Assembly: GCA_964484505.1 (NCBI GenBank)
Contig: CAZAFB010000005.1
Location: 7,427 to 71,426 of the forward strand
Source: an uncultured Bdellovibrionales bacterium
GTDB lineage: Bacteria > Patescibacteriota > Minisyncoccia > Moranbacterales > GWC2-37-73
Length of the DNA: 64,000 nucleotides
Reading direction: 5' to 3'
Shown: positions 20,130 through 30,756 of the stretch, piece after piece
Position numbering within the stretch: the first letter of the stretch is position 1
Layout: every line of letters starts with the position of its first letter
The notes under the pieces: model-generated
Databases searched by the model: none
Told to the model about the DNA's origin: nothing
The model's input: the letters and a program-made list of their open reading frames with translations, nothing else
Position numbers and translations under genes: made by a program

Positions 20130-23100
20130 CCGAATCTGCTGGCGAATGTATCCACCACCACCTCCGTTGCGTTTTGTTTTTTGCCTTCCGTTACAATTGT
20201 CTGGGGTTGGGTCAAGGTTAAGTTTCCAGCATCATCATATGCTTCGACTTGATAACTGTATACTTGTCCAGCCTCTGCCGGAATCGTAACCATATGGTAG
20301 GTATTCAAATTGTCTTCCGGTGTGTTCTGTTCAAAATTAGATACAATAACTCCTTTGCCAAAGCGTACCTTGGTACGAGTCAATTCATTTGTTTCTATTT
20401 TTATATATATATTCGCTTGAGCATCCTTGCCACGCCCGTTTACTTTACCAACAGCTCGGTTGGTAACAATTTCCGGAGGCCTGCTGTCAGATTTGGTCGT
20501 AATTTTCTGCTCTACGGGAGTAGCCTCTACGCCAGCTTCACTAACACCACTTATGGAAAGCGTGTATTCCTTGGCAGGATCCATTCCGGCTATTTCAGCG
20601 ACATGTTCAGTTGTTGGCTGACTTTCCAAAAAATTATGGAAATTAGCCTCATCGGCAGTCTTGAATCTGACCAATGTGGTCGTATTTACATCTGTCTTAT
20701 ATCTTACCACAACAGTCGGCACATCCACATTCTCCTTATTTTCGACTTGAACTTCCGATACTACCGGCAATTTAAGTGTAGTGAAAGTATATTCATCTGA
20801 AGAGAATTGGTTATTGTCAGCATCCAATGCATCGACCATTACTTTGTATGTTGAGGCACTGTCCAGTCCTTCCAGCTTCATCACATGGGAAGTCGAACCG
20901 GACGTTTCCTCTGAAGATCCAGTAAAAGCTCCTTTGCCGAATTTCAAGGTACAAGTTGCACTGACATTAGTTTTCCAAGAAACCGTTGCTGTGTTAAGAC
21001 CGACGTCATTGATAACCATATCGGAAATAGTAGGAGGAGGAAGGGTTGTGAAAGTTAGAATCTCAGAGGTACCAATGTTACCGTCAGGATCAATATATTT
21101 AACACGATAGAAATATTTAGTATCAGCAGCAAGACCTTTCACTTGCACGGCGTGATCCGTGACCGAGTCAACTTGCCCGGTTGTTTCCCCGAGTTCCGTA
21201 GTTTTGCCATATTCAATGAAAGAACTAGCCGTACGATTTGTTGCCCACGTGAAATCAGCAGCAAATGATTGTGCTTCAACAGCTGGCTGTTTAACTATGG
21301 CCGGTGGCCTTGTGTATTTACCAGTCGGCGTAAGCTGCACTGTAGCGGAAGCCGGAGAATAGTTATTGGTCTTATCTTTGGCTTTAACGTAGTAATAATA
21401 TAATCTACTTTCCAATTCCGTATCCACATAAGCGCTACCAGTAGTTGAAGCTATCTCCGTGAAATCGACATTGTCATCCGAACGATAGATAGTATATCCG
21501 GCAAAATTACCCGAATCGTACGTTACAGGCGGTGACCATTTCACTGCCACGCTATATTCAGCATTTTCACGATCAGAGGTATCGAAGGCTTGTGCGTTGA
21601 GCGGCTGACTTGGCGCGCTGGTCTCGGCATAGAAATTTACCGCTGCCGGATTATTCCAATCGGCGTTGTTCAAAAGATCGGTTTCACCTCCTTCGTTCAA
21701 GGCAACAATATAAAAAGTATTCTTTCCATATTGCGTAGCAAATGGTCCTGGTCCTGCCGCAAGTGCCGTGGTTACAGTCGTGTTGTACGGGGTTGGCAAA
21801 ACATTTATTGAATAATAATATTTGAGCTTAGTAGGATCTCCTCCGTATACTGATGGAGTTTCCCAAGTGAAAGTGAATGAATTTGTCGTATTGTTTATAT
21901 CCGACGGAGTAACTTGCAGATTATTCGGTGGTGAAGCCGGACCTCCGGTATAGTAGTAATCCTGAGAAATTGGCGAGGAAGTGTTTCCTGCGGCATCTAC
22001 TGTGCGAAGATAGAAAGTATTTTTATTGTTCTGATAATGTGTTTCTGTTTGGGTAACTGTTGCAGGATCAGGAATATCATGCCAGACCCCAGGTGTATCA
22101 CCACCAGTTCGATATTGAAACATAGCCACGCCAGAATTAGCATCTGATGCATCCGGAGTCCAGGAGAAAGTATATGAAATAGCAGATGAATACCCTGTCG
22201 GATTCACGGAAATATCACTCGGATTGCTTGGTGCAGTTGCATCATAGCGATAAACAAATGCATCATAACTTGTTGAGCTTATAAAACCGGCATTATCAAT
22301 GGTCTTGATTTTTAGATAATAGTCAGAACCGGAACTTGATGGCGATCCAGCAAAACTGTTTCCGGCTTGAAAAGAGCCGTCTACAAAAGGATCAGCCGAA
22401 GCATTAGTGCCGAAATAGACATAATATCCTGCCACACCCGAACCTCCGGTGTTATCCTGAGCACCACCCCCTGCTCCCGCCAGAGGCCATTCAAAATATG
22501 GTGCTGCATGATTATACCAATTGTTAGTAGTTATACTACTTCCCGTAGAGCTGCTTTTGGCTGTAATTGAGGAGGGATTTGTCGGAGGATCAATATCTTG
22601 ATAATAATTGATCGTAAAATCATCAAGCCGCGGTGAAAAAATACGATCATTTGAAGTGAATCTGGCACGAACCTGAATGAATTCTGCGGGAGCAGAAACA
22701 ATACTCATCACATGTGTGTTACCAAATACATGATCATTTGCCGTCGGACTCCAAGATGACCAATCCGTACCGTTGCTAGAAGTTCGTGTTTCAAAAGTCA
22801 ATGTCGTATTATTGGGCTGCACATAATTTACGGTAAGATTTGCCCAGCGATAAACGGAAACAAGGTCCATTGCTTCAGATTCATATGTTCCAGTCTTTGC
22901 AAAACCGGTACCATTTGTTTCACTACCGATTACATAATTATACAAACCATCGCCAAAAGAATTTGTGCCAGCACCCGAAATCAACCAATTGCGATTAGCA
23001 AGATAAACAGAAAATCCTCCGGTAGTTACATTGGCTGGAATATTGGCGGAAGTTAAAGATTCCCACGTTCCAGGCGTCGCCTGCGCAGTATTGTAACGAT

Positions 23101-26100
23101 AATAGGTGTTGGTATTGATACCACGAGATACGTAGAGATAACCATCATGACCATCAATCATATTGGCGCCAGCTCCTGCAGTTGCGGGCAATGCTCCGAG
23201 CACAGTCCAAGTAGTGTTGGAAATTTGATAACGACAAGTAGTCGCATTTGTGGCACCTCGTAAAAGATAGATATAACCGTCTTTATATACAATCTTTCCG
23301 CCATCACCCGTAAGACATGAAGCATTGACGGGAAGTGCCGCAGACCAACGAGAACCTGCTGCCGCAGTCGTATCATAACGCCACCAGGTGTTAGCACCGT
23401 TTCCGGCGGTTAAATATATATATTGAGATCCGTCATAAGTCATTGAGGAGCCAACCAGTGTTTTAGCCGGCGGACGGTCCGTGATTATTTCTTCCCAAGT
23501 ATTGGTATTAGTGAGGTATCTGAAAAAATATGGGGCTTTGGAATCTCCGGTACGTGCGGTCCTAATATTTCCTGGTATATAATAAACGGCATTTTCATCT
23601 TCATTGAAAACCATACTACTTCCTTGATATAAACCTACCGGCAATTTCGAGAGTTCCGTAAATGTTCCCGAATCCGTATCATAACGCCCAAAAACATTAT
23701 CATATGAACCACGTGCCATATAAATCGAATCACTTTTGTCCGCAGCTATAACCGATCCATTACCATAGAGGAAATAACTGGTTCCGGCAGTTGTCGACGG
23801 TCCAAAAAATGCTCGCTGCGGCAATTCCCAAGTATTTTCAGCAATATTAAAGCGATAAAAATTCGTTGTCGTGCCACCGCGCGTTGCATAGATGTAACCA
23901 TTGTAAACAACCATGGATGCACCATAGGATATGGAAGCAGGAACATCAGGCATCACATACCAGGTAGCAGACTCAATATCGTAGCGATAAAATTTTTGCC
24001 TACCTTTTCCCGCAAACACATAGATGGAATTGGCAGTGTTGTCAAAAACGATAGTGCCACCATCATAGATTCCTTCGGGAGCCATAGGCAGCGAAGTCCA
24101 AGAGTTGGCATGCTCACCCCGAGATAAATCGTCCCCGATGGAATACTTGGCAAAATAGGGATACAAGTTTCCCTGAATCACATAAATATTATTGCGCTCA
24201 TCATAGATAGCATCACCACCAATATATGTCCTTTGTCCATCTGCCGTATTTGGGTTTCCAAACTCCGCATTCGGGAGCTGCGTCCAAGAGGGTGTACATG
24301 ATGTTTGATTATTGCACGTGTCATATTTGTAGAAAGCATCGTCATTTCCAGGCATCGCATAAATATAGCGCGAACCATCATAGGAAAGATTCGAGCCATA
24401 ATCGAAATTCTTCGGCGCGCTGTCTATTGTGCTCCAAACATTATTCTCTATGTCATACATCCAAAAAGTTGAAGTTGCTACACCTCGAGCAGCATATAGA
24501 TAACCGGCAGGACCTGCCACCAAAAATCCGCCATTATTGACTGCCAAAGGAGCGGCAGCAACGGTTGCGGGAGATGTGGTCCATGTATCAGTTTCTATTT
24601 CATACCTATGAAACGTGGTTCCGTTAGCGCCACCGAAAGTATAGAGACAATGATTACTATTGCCCCTACATGAACTTAATGCCAATTCTCCCCCAGCAGC
24701 AATATTTCCCAGAGCAAGTGAGAGCCGTGCTTGATTCCAAAAACCATTTGATGAATTCAGTCTTACGGAATCAGTTACACTAGTGGCATTAACATCAGTA
24801 AGCGTGCCTGCGGCAAAATCTGCAGTTGAAGTTTTTTGCTCATCAAGATAAGGGGAGACACCGCTATAGACATAAGTAAATGCATCCCAGGTAGAAGAAG
24901 AAACATTGCCGTTTACATCTTTGGTTTTAACGCGCAGATAGTATGTTCCTGTTTGCAGGGCCAAATTTACCACATAAGAACTGGCGGTTTGGTATGATCC
25001 TTGCGTTACTGGGTCTGCGCCATCGTCAGTACCAAAATACACATAATAACCATCAATACCACTGCCGGAGTCGGCAGCACCACTCCAAGAAAAATAAGGA
25101 TGTTCATGCGGATATGATTGCCCTGAGGTCAGCGCTTGTCCACCTACTTGCTGCGATCTTGCATCAACCGCGGTCGGATTTGTAGGCGCATCGTCCTCAC
25201 TGTTATAAGAAATTGTGTAATCAGATACTGTAGGCGTGTAAAGGCCATCAGACGTGTTAAGCGTAACCTTTACTTGCACATATCTGTTGACTGGCGAAGC
25301 GATTGTCGTTCCGGAAATAACTTGCCAAGAAGACCAGTTTTCGTTATCAGAACTAGTACGGGTTTCATAGGTAATGCTGGTATTGGTCGGCGTATTGTCC
25401 GCTTTATTGAAAGAAACCCAGCTTTGCACATTGGATAAGTCTAGTGATTGACTGACATAAGTACCACTAGCAACAAAATTGGTAGCGCCGGAAGTGTAAC
25501 TCCACACGTCAGCAAGACCTTGCCCTGTTGTGGCAAAAAATGAAGTGCCACCGGCATATTCTATAGATGCTCCATTATATGGTCCGCGGCCGAAGGTATA
25601 TTGTTGATTATTCGGCAGCTTGCGCCAAGTGTCCGTGGCAATGGTATATTCCCAAGTGTCATCTTTATAAAGTCCCGCCAGAGCATATACTTTGCCATTG
25701 GCATAAGTCATATCAGTACCATAATATTGTGCAAAAGGCGTTGAAGCAATCTTACTCCAAACACCTCCACTATATTTCAAGAAGGTTGTTTCTCCATCTC
25801 CCAACATCACATACACATCAGTTCCATCAGTAACAATACGTGCTCCAATACTAGCATAATAGGTAACACCACTCACCACCATGTTGGCAAGGGCGGTCCA
25901 ACCGCCAGCATCAGTGTAACGATAAAAATTGGCAGTACCATTACCGCGAATGGCATAAATTGAATTATCGGATGCGCAAGCAAGCCCTGCACCATTACTT
26001 GCCGTAGCCGGGAAAGGCTGTGTGGTCAATGTCGTCCAAGCGTTTTCAGCGTAACGATAGAATGTTGTCGTATTGCCGCCTAGAAGAGCATACACATAAC

Positions 26101-27625
26101 CGTTGCAATAAGTGGCCTTTACATCCGTTGTAATTGAAGCAGGCGTGGTAGCTTTATTGGTCCAGATATTTGTAGCGACATCGTAACGATAGAAAGCATT
26201 ACTGTTGCCTCTTATAGCATAGACGTAATTAGTTGCACCGGATTGCCCATTCCAAATCAAATCACCACCAGTATTTACGGTTCCGGTTCCATCCAGCATC
26301 TGTTTTGGTCCCTCCCACTCGCCATTTGCTCCCAAAGAAGGATCAAATTTCCAAATATCCGTCGTACCGTTACCACGAACGCCATACAATTTATTATCAT
26401 CGGTATTAAGAATCAGTGAACCATAATTCACTGTTGCAGGAGCGACTTCATTCGTTCCCGAAAGCACGGTCCAGGAGTTACCCGCAACATTAAAACGAAG
26501 AAAGCTAGTTGTCGAGCCACTACGAAAATAATAAATATTTCCATTGTAATATGCACCTCTTTGATCCGAAGTGAAAGTATAACCTGTAGTAGCATTTGCT
26601 CTGGCTTCCCAGGTATTTGCCCCCGTACCAGATATCTTGTAACGATAGAATGTTAGAGTGCTAGCACCCCGAGTAAGATAGAAATATCCGTCCTGACCAT
26701 TTACCAAATCACCTCCCGCACCGACAGTTGCAGGAACTGGAGCTAGATTACTCCAATCATTTGTCGCCACATTGTAACGCCAAAAATCAGTACTGCCATT
26801 ACCCCTGACCACGAAAATATTCGTACCATCAGTTTCCACTGCAGCGCCTTGCCAAGGGGTGTCCAAAAGATCTGCAAGCTGGGTCCAAACACCCGTGGCA
26901 ATCGTATATTTGTAAAATTTTTGCGAATATCCTCCAAAAATCGCATATATAGCTCCATTGCCATCATAGATCATGTCCGCACCATAATATGCAGGCACCG
27001 GCAGATCAGCCAATGTATCCCATTTGTTTTCTGCAACATCATAACGCCAGAAAGCTTTGTCTGAATACCCCCTAAAAACATACATATAGCCACCGGTTAT
27101 CACACCAGAATGTCCATATGCAATGGTATCTTGCGGTGGCGCCCAAACGCGCGCGCCCCAAGTTCCTGTGGGTTTCAATTGAATCGCATCTTGAGAACTT
27201 TCAGTACTGACGCTGGCAAGCGTACCTTTGTCCCAATCATTTTTGAAAGTAATTGTTGTTGATTGTGGGGCGCTGAGCGCAAAAGGATTTGCTGCATAAA
27301 CCATGGCAATTGCCACTGCGATCACCATGCTTCGATACGTTGTCTTAATACCGAAAATCGCTGTTTTTTTAGTAAATTTTTTGAAAAGTGCACTTAACTT
27401 CTCTACCAACTTGAGCCTAACATAAGCCTTTCCCAAAACATGTGCTTCATGCTTTTTTGCAACCAAAGCAACTTCCAAATCATCAATTTTACCCCAACGC
27501 AAAACACGCTTGCGAGAAATTTTCTCTCCGCGCTGACAGCTTTTCCAATTCCCGTTTTTATTATCCATACAACGGGTCTTATCTGTAGTATTCTTTTTTG
27601 TTTTTCCTTTTGTCTTTTCTGTCAT
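20102..27625 (-). CDS. Giant (~2500 aa) surface protein with Kelch-like beta-propellers and FN3/Ig domains
   Basis: Many F(W/Y)RYD...W..LA..P...GG..IY blades in two duplicated modules, C-terminal FN3-like domains (GL...T.Y.YRV); ORF open to 27703, start 27625 preferred. Confidence 0.85.
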   Translation of the reverse strand: MTEKTKGKTKKNTTDKTRCMDNKNGNWKSCQRGEKISRKRVLRWGKIDDLEVALVAKKHEAHVLGKAYVRLKLVEKLSALFKKFTKKTAIFGIKTTYRSMVIAVAIAMVYAANPFALSAPQSTTITFKNDWDKGTLASVSTESSQDAIQLKPTGTWGARVWAPPQDTIAYGHSGVITGGYMYVFRGYSDKAFWRYDVAENKWDTLADLPVPAYYGADMIYDGNGAIYAIFGGYSQKFYKYTIATGVWTQLADLLDTPWQGAAVETDGTNIFVVRGNGSTDFWRYNVATNDWSNLAPVPATVGAGGDLVNGQDGYFYLTRGASTLTFYRYKISGTGANTWEARANATTGYTFTSDQRGAYYNGNIYYFRSGSTTSFLRFNVAGNSWTVLSGTNEVAPATVNYGSLILNTDDNKLYGVRGNGTTDIWKFDPSLGANGEWEGPKQMLDGTGTVNTGGDLIWNGQSGATNYVYAIRGNSNAFYRYDVATNIWTNKATTPASITTDVKATYCNGYVYALLGGNTTTFYRYAENAWTTLTTQPFPATASNGAGLACASDNSIYAIRGNGTANFYRYTDAGGWTALANMVVSGVTYYASIGARIVTDGTDVYVMLGDGETTFLKYSGGVWSKIASTPFAQYYGTDMTYANGKVYALAGLYKDDTWEYTIATDTWRKLPNNQQYTFGRGPYNGASIEYAGGTSFFATTGQGLADVWSYTSGATNFVASGTYVSQSLDLSNVQSWVSFNKADNTPTNTSITYETRTSSDNENWSSWQVISGTTIASPVNRYVQVKVTLNTSDGLYTPTVSDYTISYNSEDDAPTNPTAVDARSQQVGGQALTSGQSYPHEHPYFSWSGAADSGSGIDGYYVYFGTDDGADPVTQGSYQTASSYVVNLALQTGTYYLRVKTKDVNGNVSSSTWDAFTYVYSGVSPYLDEQKTSTADFAAGTLTDVNATSVTDSVRLNSSNGFWNQARLSLALGNIAAGGELALSSCRGNSNHCLYTFGGANGTTFHRYEIETDTWTTSPATVAAAPLAVNNGGFLVAGPAGYLYAARGVATSTFWMYDIENNVWSTIDSAPKNFDYGSNLSYDGSRYIYAMPGNDDAFYKYDTCNNQTSCTPSWTQLPNAEFGNPNTADGQRTYIGGDAIYDERNNIYVIQGNLYPYFAKYSIGDDLSRGEHANSWTSLPMAPEGIYDGGTIVFDNTANSIYVFAGKGRQKFYRYDIESATWYVMPDVPASISYGASMVVYNGYIYATRGGTTTNFYRFNIAENTWELPQRAFFGPSTTAGTSYFLYGNGSVIAADKSDSIYMARGSYDNVFGRYDTDSGTFTELSKLPVGLYQGSSMVFNEDENAVYYIPGNIRTARTGDSKAPYFFRYLTNTNTWEEIITDRPPAKTLVGSSMTYDGSQYIYLTAGNGANTWWRYDTTAAAGSRWSAALPVNASCLTGDGGKIVYKDGYIYLLRGATNATTCRYQISNTTWTVLGALPATAGAGANMIDGHDGYLYVSRGINTNTYYRYNTAQATPGTWESLTSANIPANVTTGGFSVYLANRNWLISGAGTNSFGDGLYNYVIGSETNGTGFAKTGTYESEAMDLVSVYRWANLTVNYVQPNNTTLTFETRTSSNGTDWSSWSPTANDHVFGNTHVMSIVSAPAEFIQVRARFTSNDRIFSPRLDDFTINYYQDIDPPTNPSSITAKSSSTGSSITTNNWYNHAAPYFEWPLAGAGGGAQDNTGGSGVAGYYVYFGTNASADPFVDGSFQAGNSFAGSPSSSGSDYYLKIKTIDNAGFISSTSYDAFVYRYDATAPSNPSDISVNPTGYSSAISYTFSWTPDASDANSGVAMFQYRTGGDTPGVWHDIPDPATVTQTETHYQNNKNTFYLRTVDAAGNTSSPISQDYYYTGGPASPPNNLQVTPSDINNTTNSFTFTWETPSVYGGDPTKLKYYYSINVLPTPYNTTVTTALAAGPGPFATQYGKNTFYIVALNEGGETDLLNNADWNNPAAVNFYAETSAPSQPLNAQAFDTSDRENAEYSVAVKWSPPVTYDSGNFAGYTIYRSDDNVDFTEIASTTGSAYVDTELESRLYYYYVKAKDKTNNYSPASATVQLTPTGKYTRPPAIVKQPAVEAQSFAADFTWATNRTASSFIEYGKTTELGETTGQVDSVTDHAVQVKGLAADTKYFYRVKYIDPDGNIGTSEILTFTTLPPPTISDMVINDVGLNTATVSWKTNVSATCTLKFGKGAFTGSSEETSGSTSHVMKLEGLDSASTYKVMVDALDADNNQFSSDEYTFTTLKLPVVSEVQVENKENVDVPTVVVRYKTDVNTTTLVRFKTADEANFHNFLESQPTTEHVAEIAGMDPAKEYTLSISGVSEAGVEATPVEQKITTKSDSRPPEIVTNRAVGKVNGRGKDAQANIYIKIETNELTRTKVRFGKGVIVSNFEQNTPEDNLNTYHMVTIPAEAGQVYSYQVEAYDDAGNLTLTQPQTIVTEGKKQNATEVVVDTFASRFGWISKLWSK

Positions 27626-27969
27626 TTTATATTGTAAAAACAAAGGCCCAGGCCGGCACAAACGCTTTTGGCGTTTTATGTCGACTCGGGCCGGTTTTGC
27701 CATTCAACTCCCTGCACGCACATGGGCAATCCTTATATCTTCAACAAAAGTAAAGGCTTCGTGCAGATCAATGTTTCCTGAGTTTTTGATTCCTCCGAAA
27801 GGTGAAAAAAATCCCTGACAGAGCGAAAAAAATATTCTTTTTGTATGTTTTAATTTTAACATATTTTGTTTTTTAAATCGAGAAGTTATCCACAGCAAAT
27901 CCACATGTGTTTAATCAACAAAAAACGAGGCTGCTAAGCCTCGCCTTCGAAAAATATTCTAATATGATT

Positions 27970-29757
27970 CTATTGTTTCTTCCTGGCCGCTTTCACTCGA
28001 TCCGTTTCCTTGAGGAATTGTTTGCGAAGACGCACGGATTGTGGCGTAACTTCCAAATATTCATCCTCATTCATAATTTCCAAACCGCGTTCAATGGATA
28101 GTTCCCATGGCGGTGTCAGCTGAATTGCATCATCACTGCCTGAAGCACGCATGTTGGTCAGCTGCTTACCCTTCAATGGATTGACGGTCATTTCTTCTCC
28201 CTTGGCCACATTACCGATAACCTGACCCTCATATACTTCCGTAGCCGCCGGAATATACAGCACACCACGTTCCTGCAAATTCGCCAAAGAAAATCCAAGT
28301 GCTTTGCCGGTGCCATTGGAAATCATCGAGCCCACTTCGCGACGCTTGATTTCTCCTACATACGGCCTAAAACCGATCACACGTGAAGACAAAATTCCTT
28401 CACCTTTTGTATCAACAACAAACTGGCCACGATAACCAAGCAGACCGCGTGTCGGCGCTTCAAACAAAAGACGTGTCTGAGAGCCGTGAATTTGCATGTC
28501 TGTCATGATTCCCTTGCGTTTGCCCAACGTTTCAATAACCGTTCCTGAAAGTTCGCTTGGTACATCCACAGTCACCTCTTCAAACGGCTCGGATTTTACT
28601 CCGTCAATTTCTTTGATAATTACTTGCGGCTGCGAAACTTGAATTTCATATCCTTCGCGACGCATGTTTTCCAAAAGTACGGCAATATGCAATTCGCCGC
28701 GACCGAAGACCATGTAATACTCACTGGAAGAAAAATCAATTTTGAGTCCGACGTTTACTTCCAATTCTTTTTCCAATCTTTCCCTGATTTGTTTGTTGGT
28801 GACAAATTTTCCTTCCTTTCCGGCAAACGGTGAGTCGTTAACCAAAAATCGCAAGGAGATTGTCGGCTCATCAATCGTAATCGCTGGAAGCGCTTCTTGC
28901 TCGGCATTTTCACAAATAGTCTCCCCGATATCGATTTTAGGAAAACCGGCTATCATCACAATATCGCCAGCATAAGCTTCTGCAACCTCTTCGCGTTCGG
29001 TGCCTTTGAAAGTATATAACTTGGTTACACGTGAAGTTTCCACGCCTCCATCCATTTTTTTCAAAGTAAGCGTTTGTCCTGATTTTATGGTACCTTCGTG
29101 AATTCTGCCTACCGCCAAGCGTCCCAAAAAGTTATCATAACCCAAGTTGAAAGGCTGCATCCGCAGCGGCGCGTCTTTATTAGCCTTGGCCGGATGCACT
29201 TTAAACAAAATCATATCAAGCAAAGGAGTGAGGTCCTTGGAATCATCGTCCATATGTTCTTTAGCAATTCCTTCGCGACCGATTGCATACAAAGTTGTAA
29301 AATCAAGCTGTTCATCGTTTGCACCCAAGTCTAAGAATAATTCATATACTTGTTCTTGCACCACATCAGGCTGCGCCGCCGGTTTATCGATTTTGTTGAT
29401 CACCACGATCGGTTTAAGCCCAAGTTCCAATGATTTTTTAAGCACGAAACGCGTCTGCGGCATCGGACCTTCTTGCGCGTCAACAACCAAAATCACGCTG
29501 TCGATCGAGCGCAAGACACGTTCTACTTCGGAGCCGAAGTCCGCATGACCGGGCGTGTCCACGATGTTGATTTTGGTATCGCGATAGAAAATCGAAGTGT
29601 TTTTGGCATAAATCGTAATGCCGCGCTCCTGCTCGAGCGCGTTGTTGTCCATGCTGACGCCTTCGCCCACCATGCCAGTTTGGCGCATGATAGCGTCGGT
29701 AAGTGTTGTTTTCCCATGATCCACATGGGCGATAATCGCAATGTTTCTAATCTCCAT
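27970..29757 (-). CDS. typA: Translational GTPase TypA/BipA
   Basis: RNIAIIAHVDHGKTTL, ERGITI, DTPGHADFGSEVER, GRGELH, KQLTNMRASGSD. Confidence 0.97.
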   Translation of the reverse strand: MEIRNIAIIAHVDHGKTTLTDAIMRQTGMVGEGVSMDNNALEQERGITIYAKNTSIFYRDTKINIVDTPGHADFGSEVERVLRSIDSVILVVDAQEGPMPQTRFVLKKSLELGLKPIVVINKIDKPAAQPDVVQEQVYELFLDLGANDEQLDFTTLYAIGREGIAKEHMDDDSKDLTPLLDMILFKVHPAKANKDAPLRMQPFNLGYDNFLGRLAVGRIHEGTIKSGQTLTLKKMDGGVETSRVTKLYTFKGTEREEVAEAYAGDIVMIAGFPKIDIGETICENAEQEALPAITIDEPTISLRFLVNDSPFAGKEGKFVTNKQIRERLEKELEVNVGLKIDFSSSEYYMVFGRGELHIAVLLENMRREGYEIQVSQPQVIIKEIDGVKSEPFEEVTVDVPSELSGTVIETLGKRKGIMTDMQIHGSQTRLLFEAPTRGLLGYRGQFVVDTKGEGILSSRVIGFRPYVGEIKRREVGSMISNGTGKALGFSLANLQERGVLYIPAATEVYEGQVIGNVAKGEEMTVNPLKGKQLTNMRASGSDDAIQLTPPWELSIERGLEIMNEDEYLEVTPQSVRLRKQFLKETDRVKAARKKQ

Positions 29758-29761
29758 ATCC

Positions 29762-29921
29762 CTACGAATTACGAATTTATACGAATGTACGAATCATTTT
29801 TCATGCATTTGTAATCAATTCATAACTAAGCTTAAATTTTTTATCATCTCACAACTTAATTTGAAACATTTATTCTTTTTGTCTTCCTTTCGTACATTCG
29901 TATTTTGTTCGTAATTCGTAG
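29762..29921. repeat. Inverted pair of 33 bp (ATTCGTA)-based repeats
   Basis: ctacgaattacgaatttatacgaatgtacgaat (29762-29794) is the near reverse complement of ttcgtacattcgtattttgttcgtaattcgtag (29889-29921). Confidence 0.8.
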
Positions 29922-30077
29922 AGAAAACAAAAGACTGCCTTGTGGGCAGCAAATGTCCTAAGCCCTTGAAATATAGCAGGAAAAATACTATATGTCAATA
30001 TTTTAAAAGCCGCTCCTTTATTAAAGCAGAGCGGCATATAAAACTTTTGGGAAAGCTTGAAGCACATTATGACACGA

Positions 30078-30575
30078 TTATGCTATTTTTAGAACTTCTT
30101 CTCTTGAGATCACTTCTCCGATGTTGCGGACGGACCATTCGTATTGAGTATTAGCAAATTTTGCTTTTGCGTAAGCAAGCACATCTTGCTTACGCGTAAA
30201 GTAATAAACATTTGCCCATGGCACAGGATTTAAAGACATACCACCATTGATTATTTCCCAATTGCCCTGAGGTTTAACCGAAAAGAAGCTAAGGGCGCTT
30301 AAAAGATCAACGACTTCAGGATAGGTATTGTTCCATTCATCATGCTTATTTTCAATATGTACGAAATATTCCCAGTCTATATGCTCGCCAAAATGCGTAC
30401 CATTTTTGAAAATCTTAAGTTTATACTTTTGCAAAAGATTTGAATAATATTCTTGCACGCAGTAGATACACTGGCTACCTCTTTTGAAAGCGGTGCAAAT
30501 AAAACCGCCAATTCCAAAAGAGACAATTCCCGCCGACCCCGCCTCCGGAGTGTTACAAAAACATTTTTCTTTCAT
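30078..30575 (-). CDS. Hypothetical protein (orphan, Cys-rich N-terminus)
   Basis: Strong SD AAAGGAGG 7 nt upstream of ATG 30575. Confidence 0.65.
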   Translation of the reverse strand: MKEKCFCNTPEAGSAGIVSFGIGGFICTAFKRGSQCIYCVQEYYSNLLQKYKLKIFKNGTHFGEHIDWEYFVHIENKHDEWNNTYPEVVDLLSALSFFSVKPQGNWEIINGGMSLNPVPWANVYYFTRKQDVLAYAKAKFANTQYEWSVRNIGEVISREEVLKIA

Positions 30576-30756
30576 GGCCATTCCTCCTTTTGTATGTATT
30601 AGACACCGTTTTAAACTTATTCAACTGTTAAAAATCTTTTTCAAGCTAAGCATGAAAACACAAAAAAATCAAGCTTCTCGCCTGATTTTGCATAATATAA
30701 AGATGGGGTCTTTTTGCCAGTGTACAATGCGATATGACTCAAAAATCCTCTAAGAA

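Noticed and set aside
27640-27710. c-di-GMP-I riboswitch (GGCAAAACC...ACGC.AAAGC resemblance)
   Set aside because: Lacks the GAAA-capped P2 stem and receptor arrangement
29762-29921. Mini CRISPR array
   Set aside because: Units are 7-10 nt tandem motifs in inverted orientation with no unique spacers
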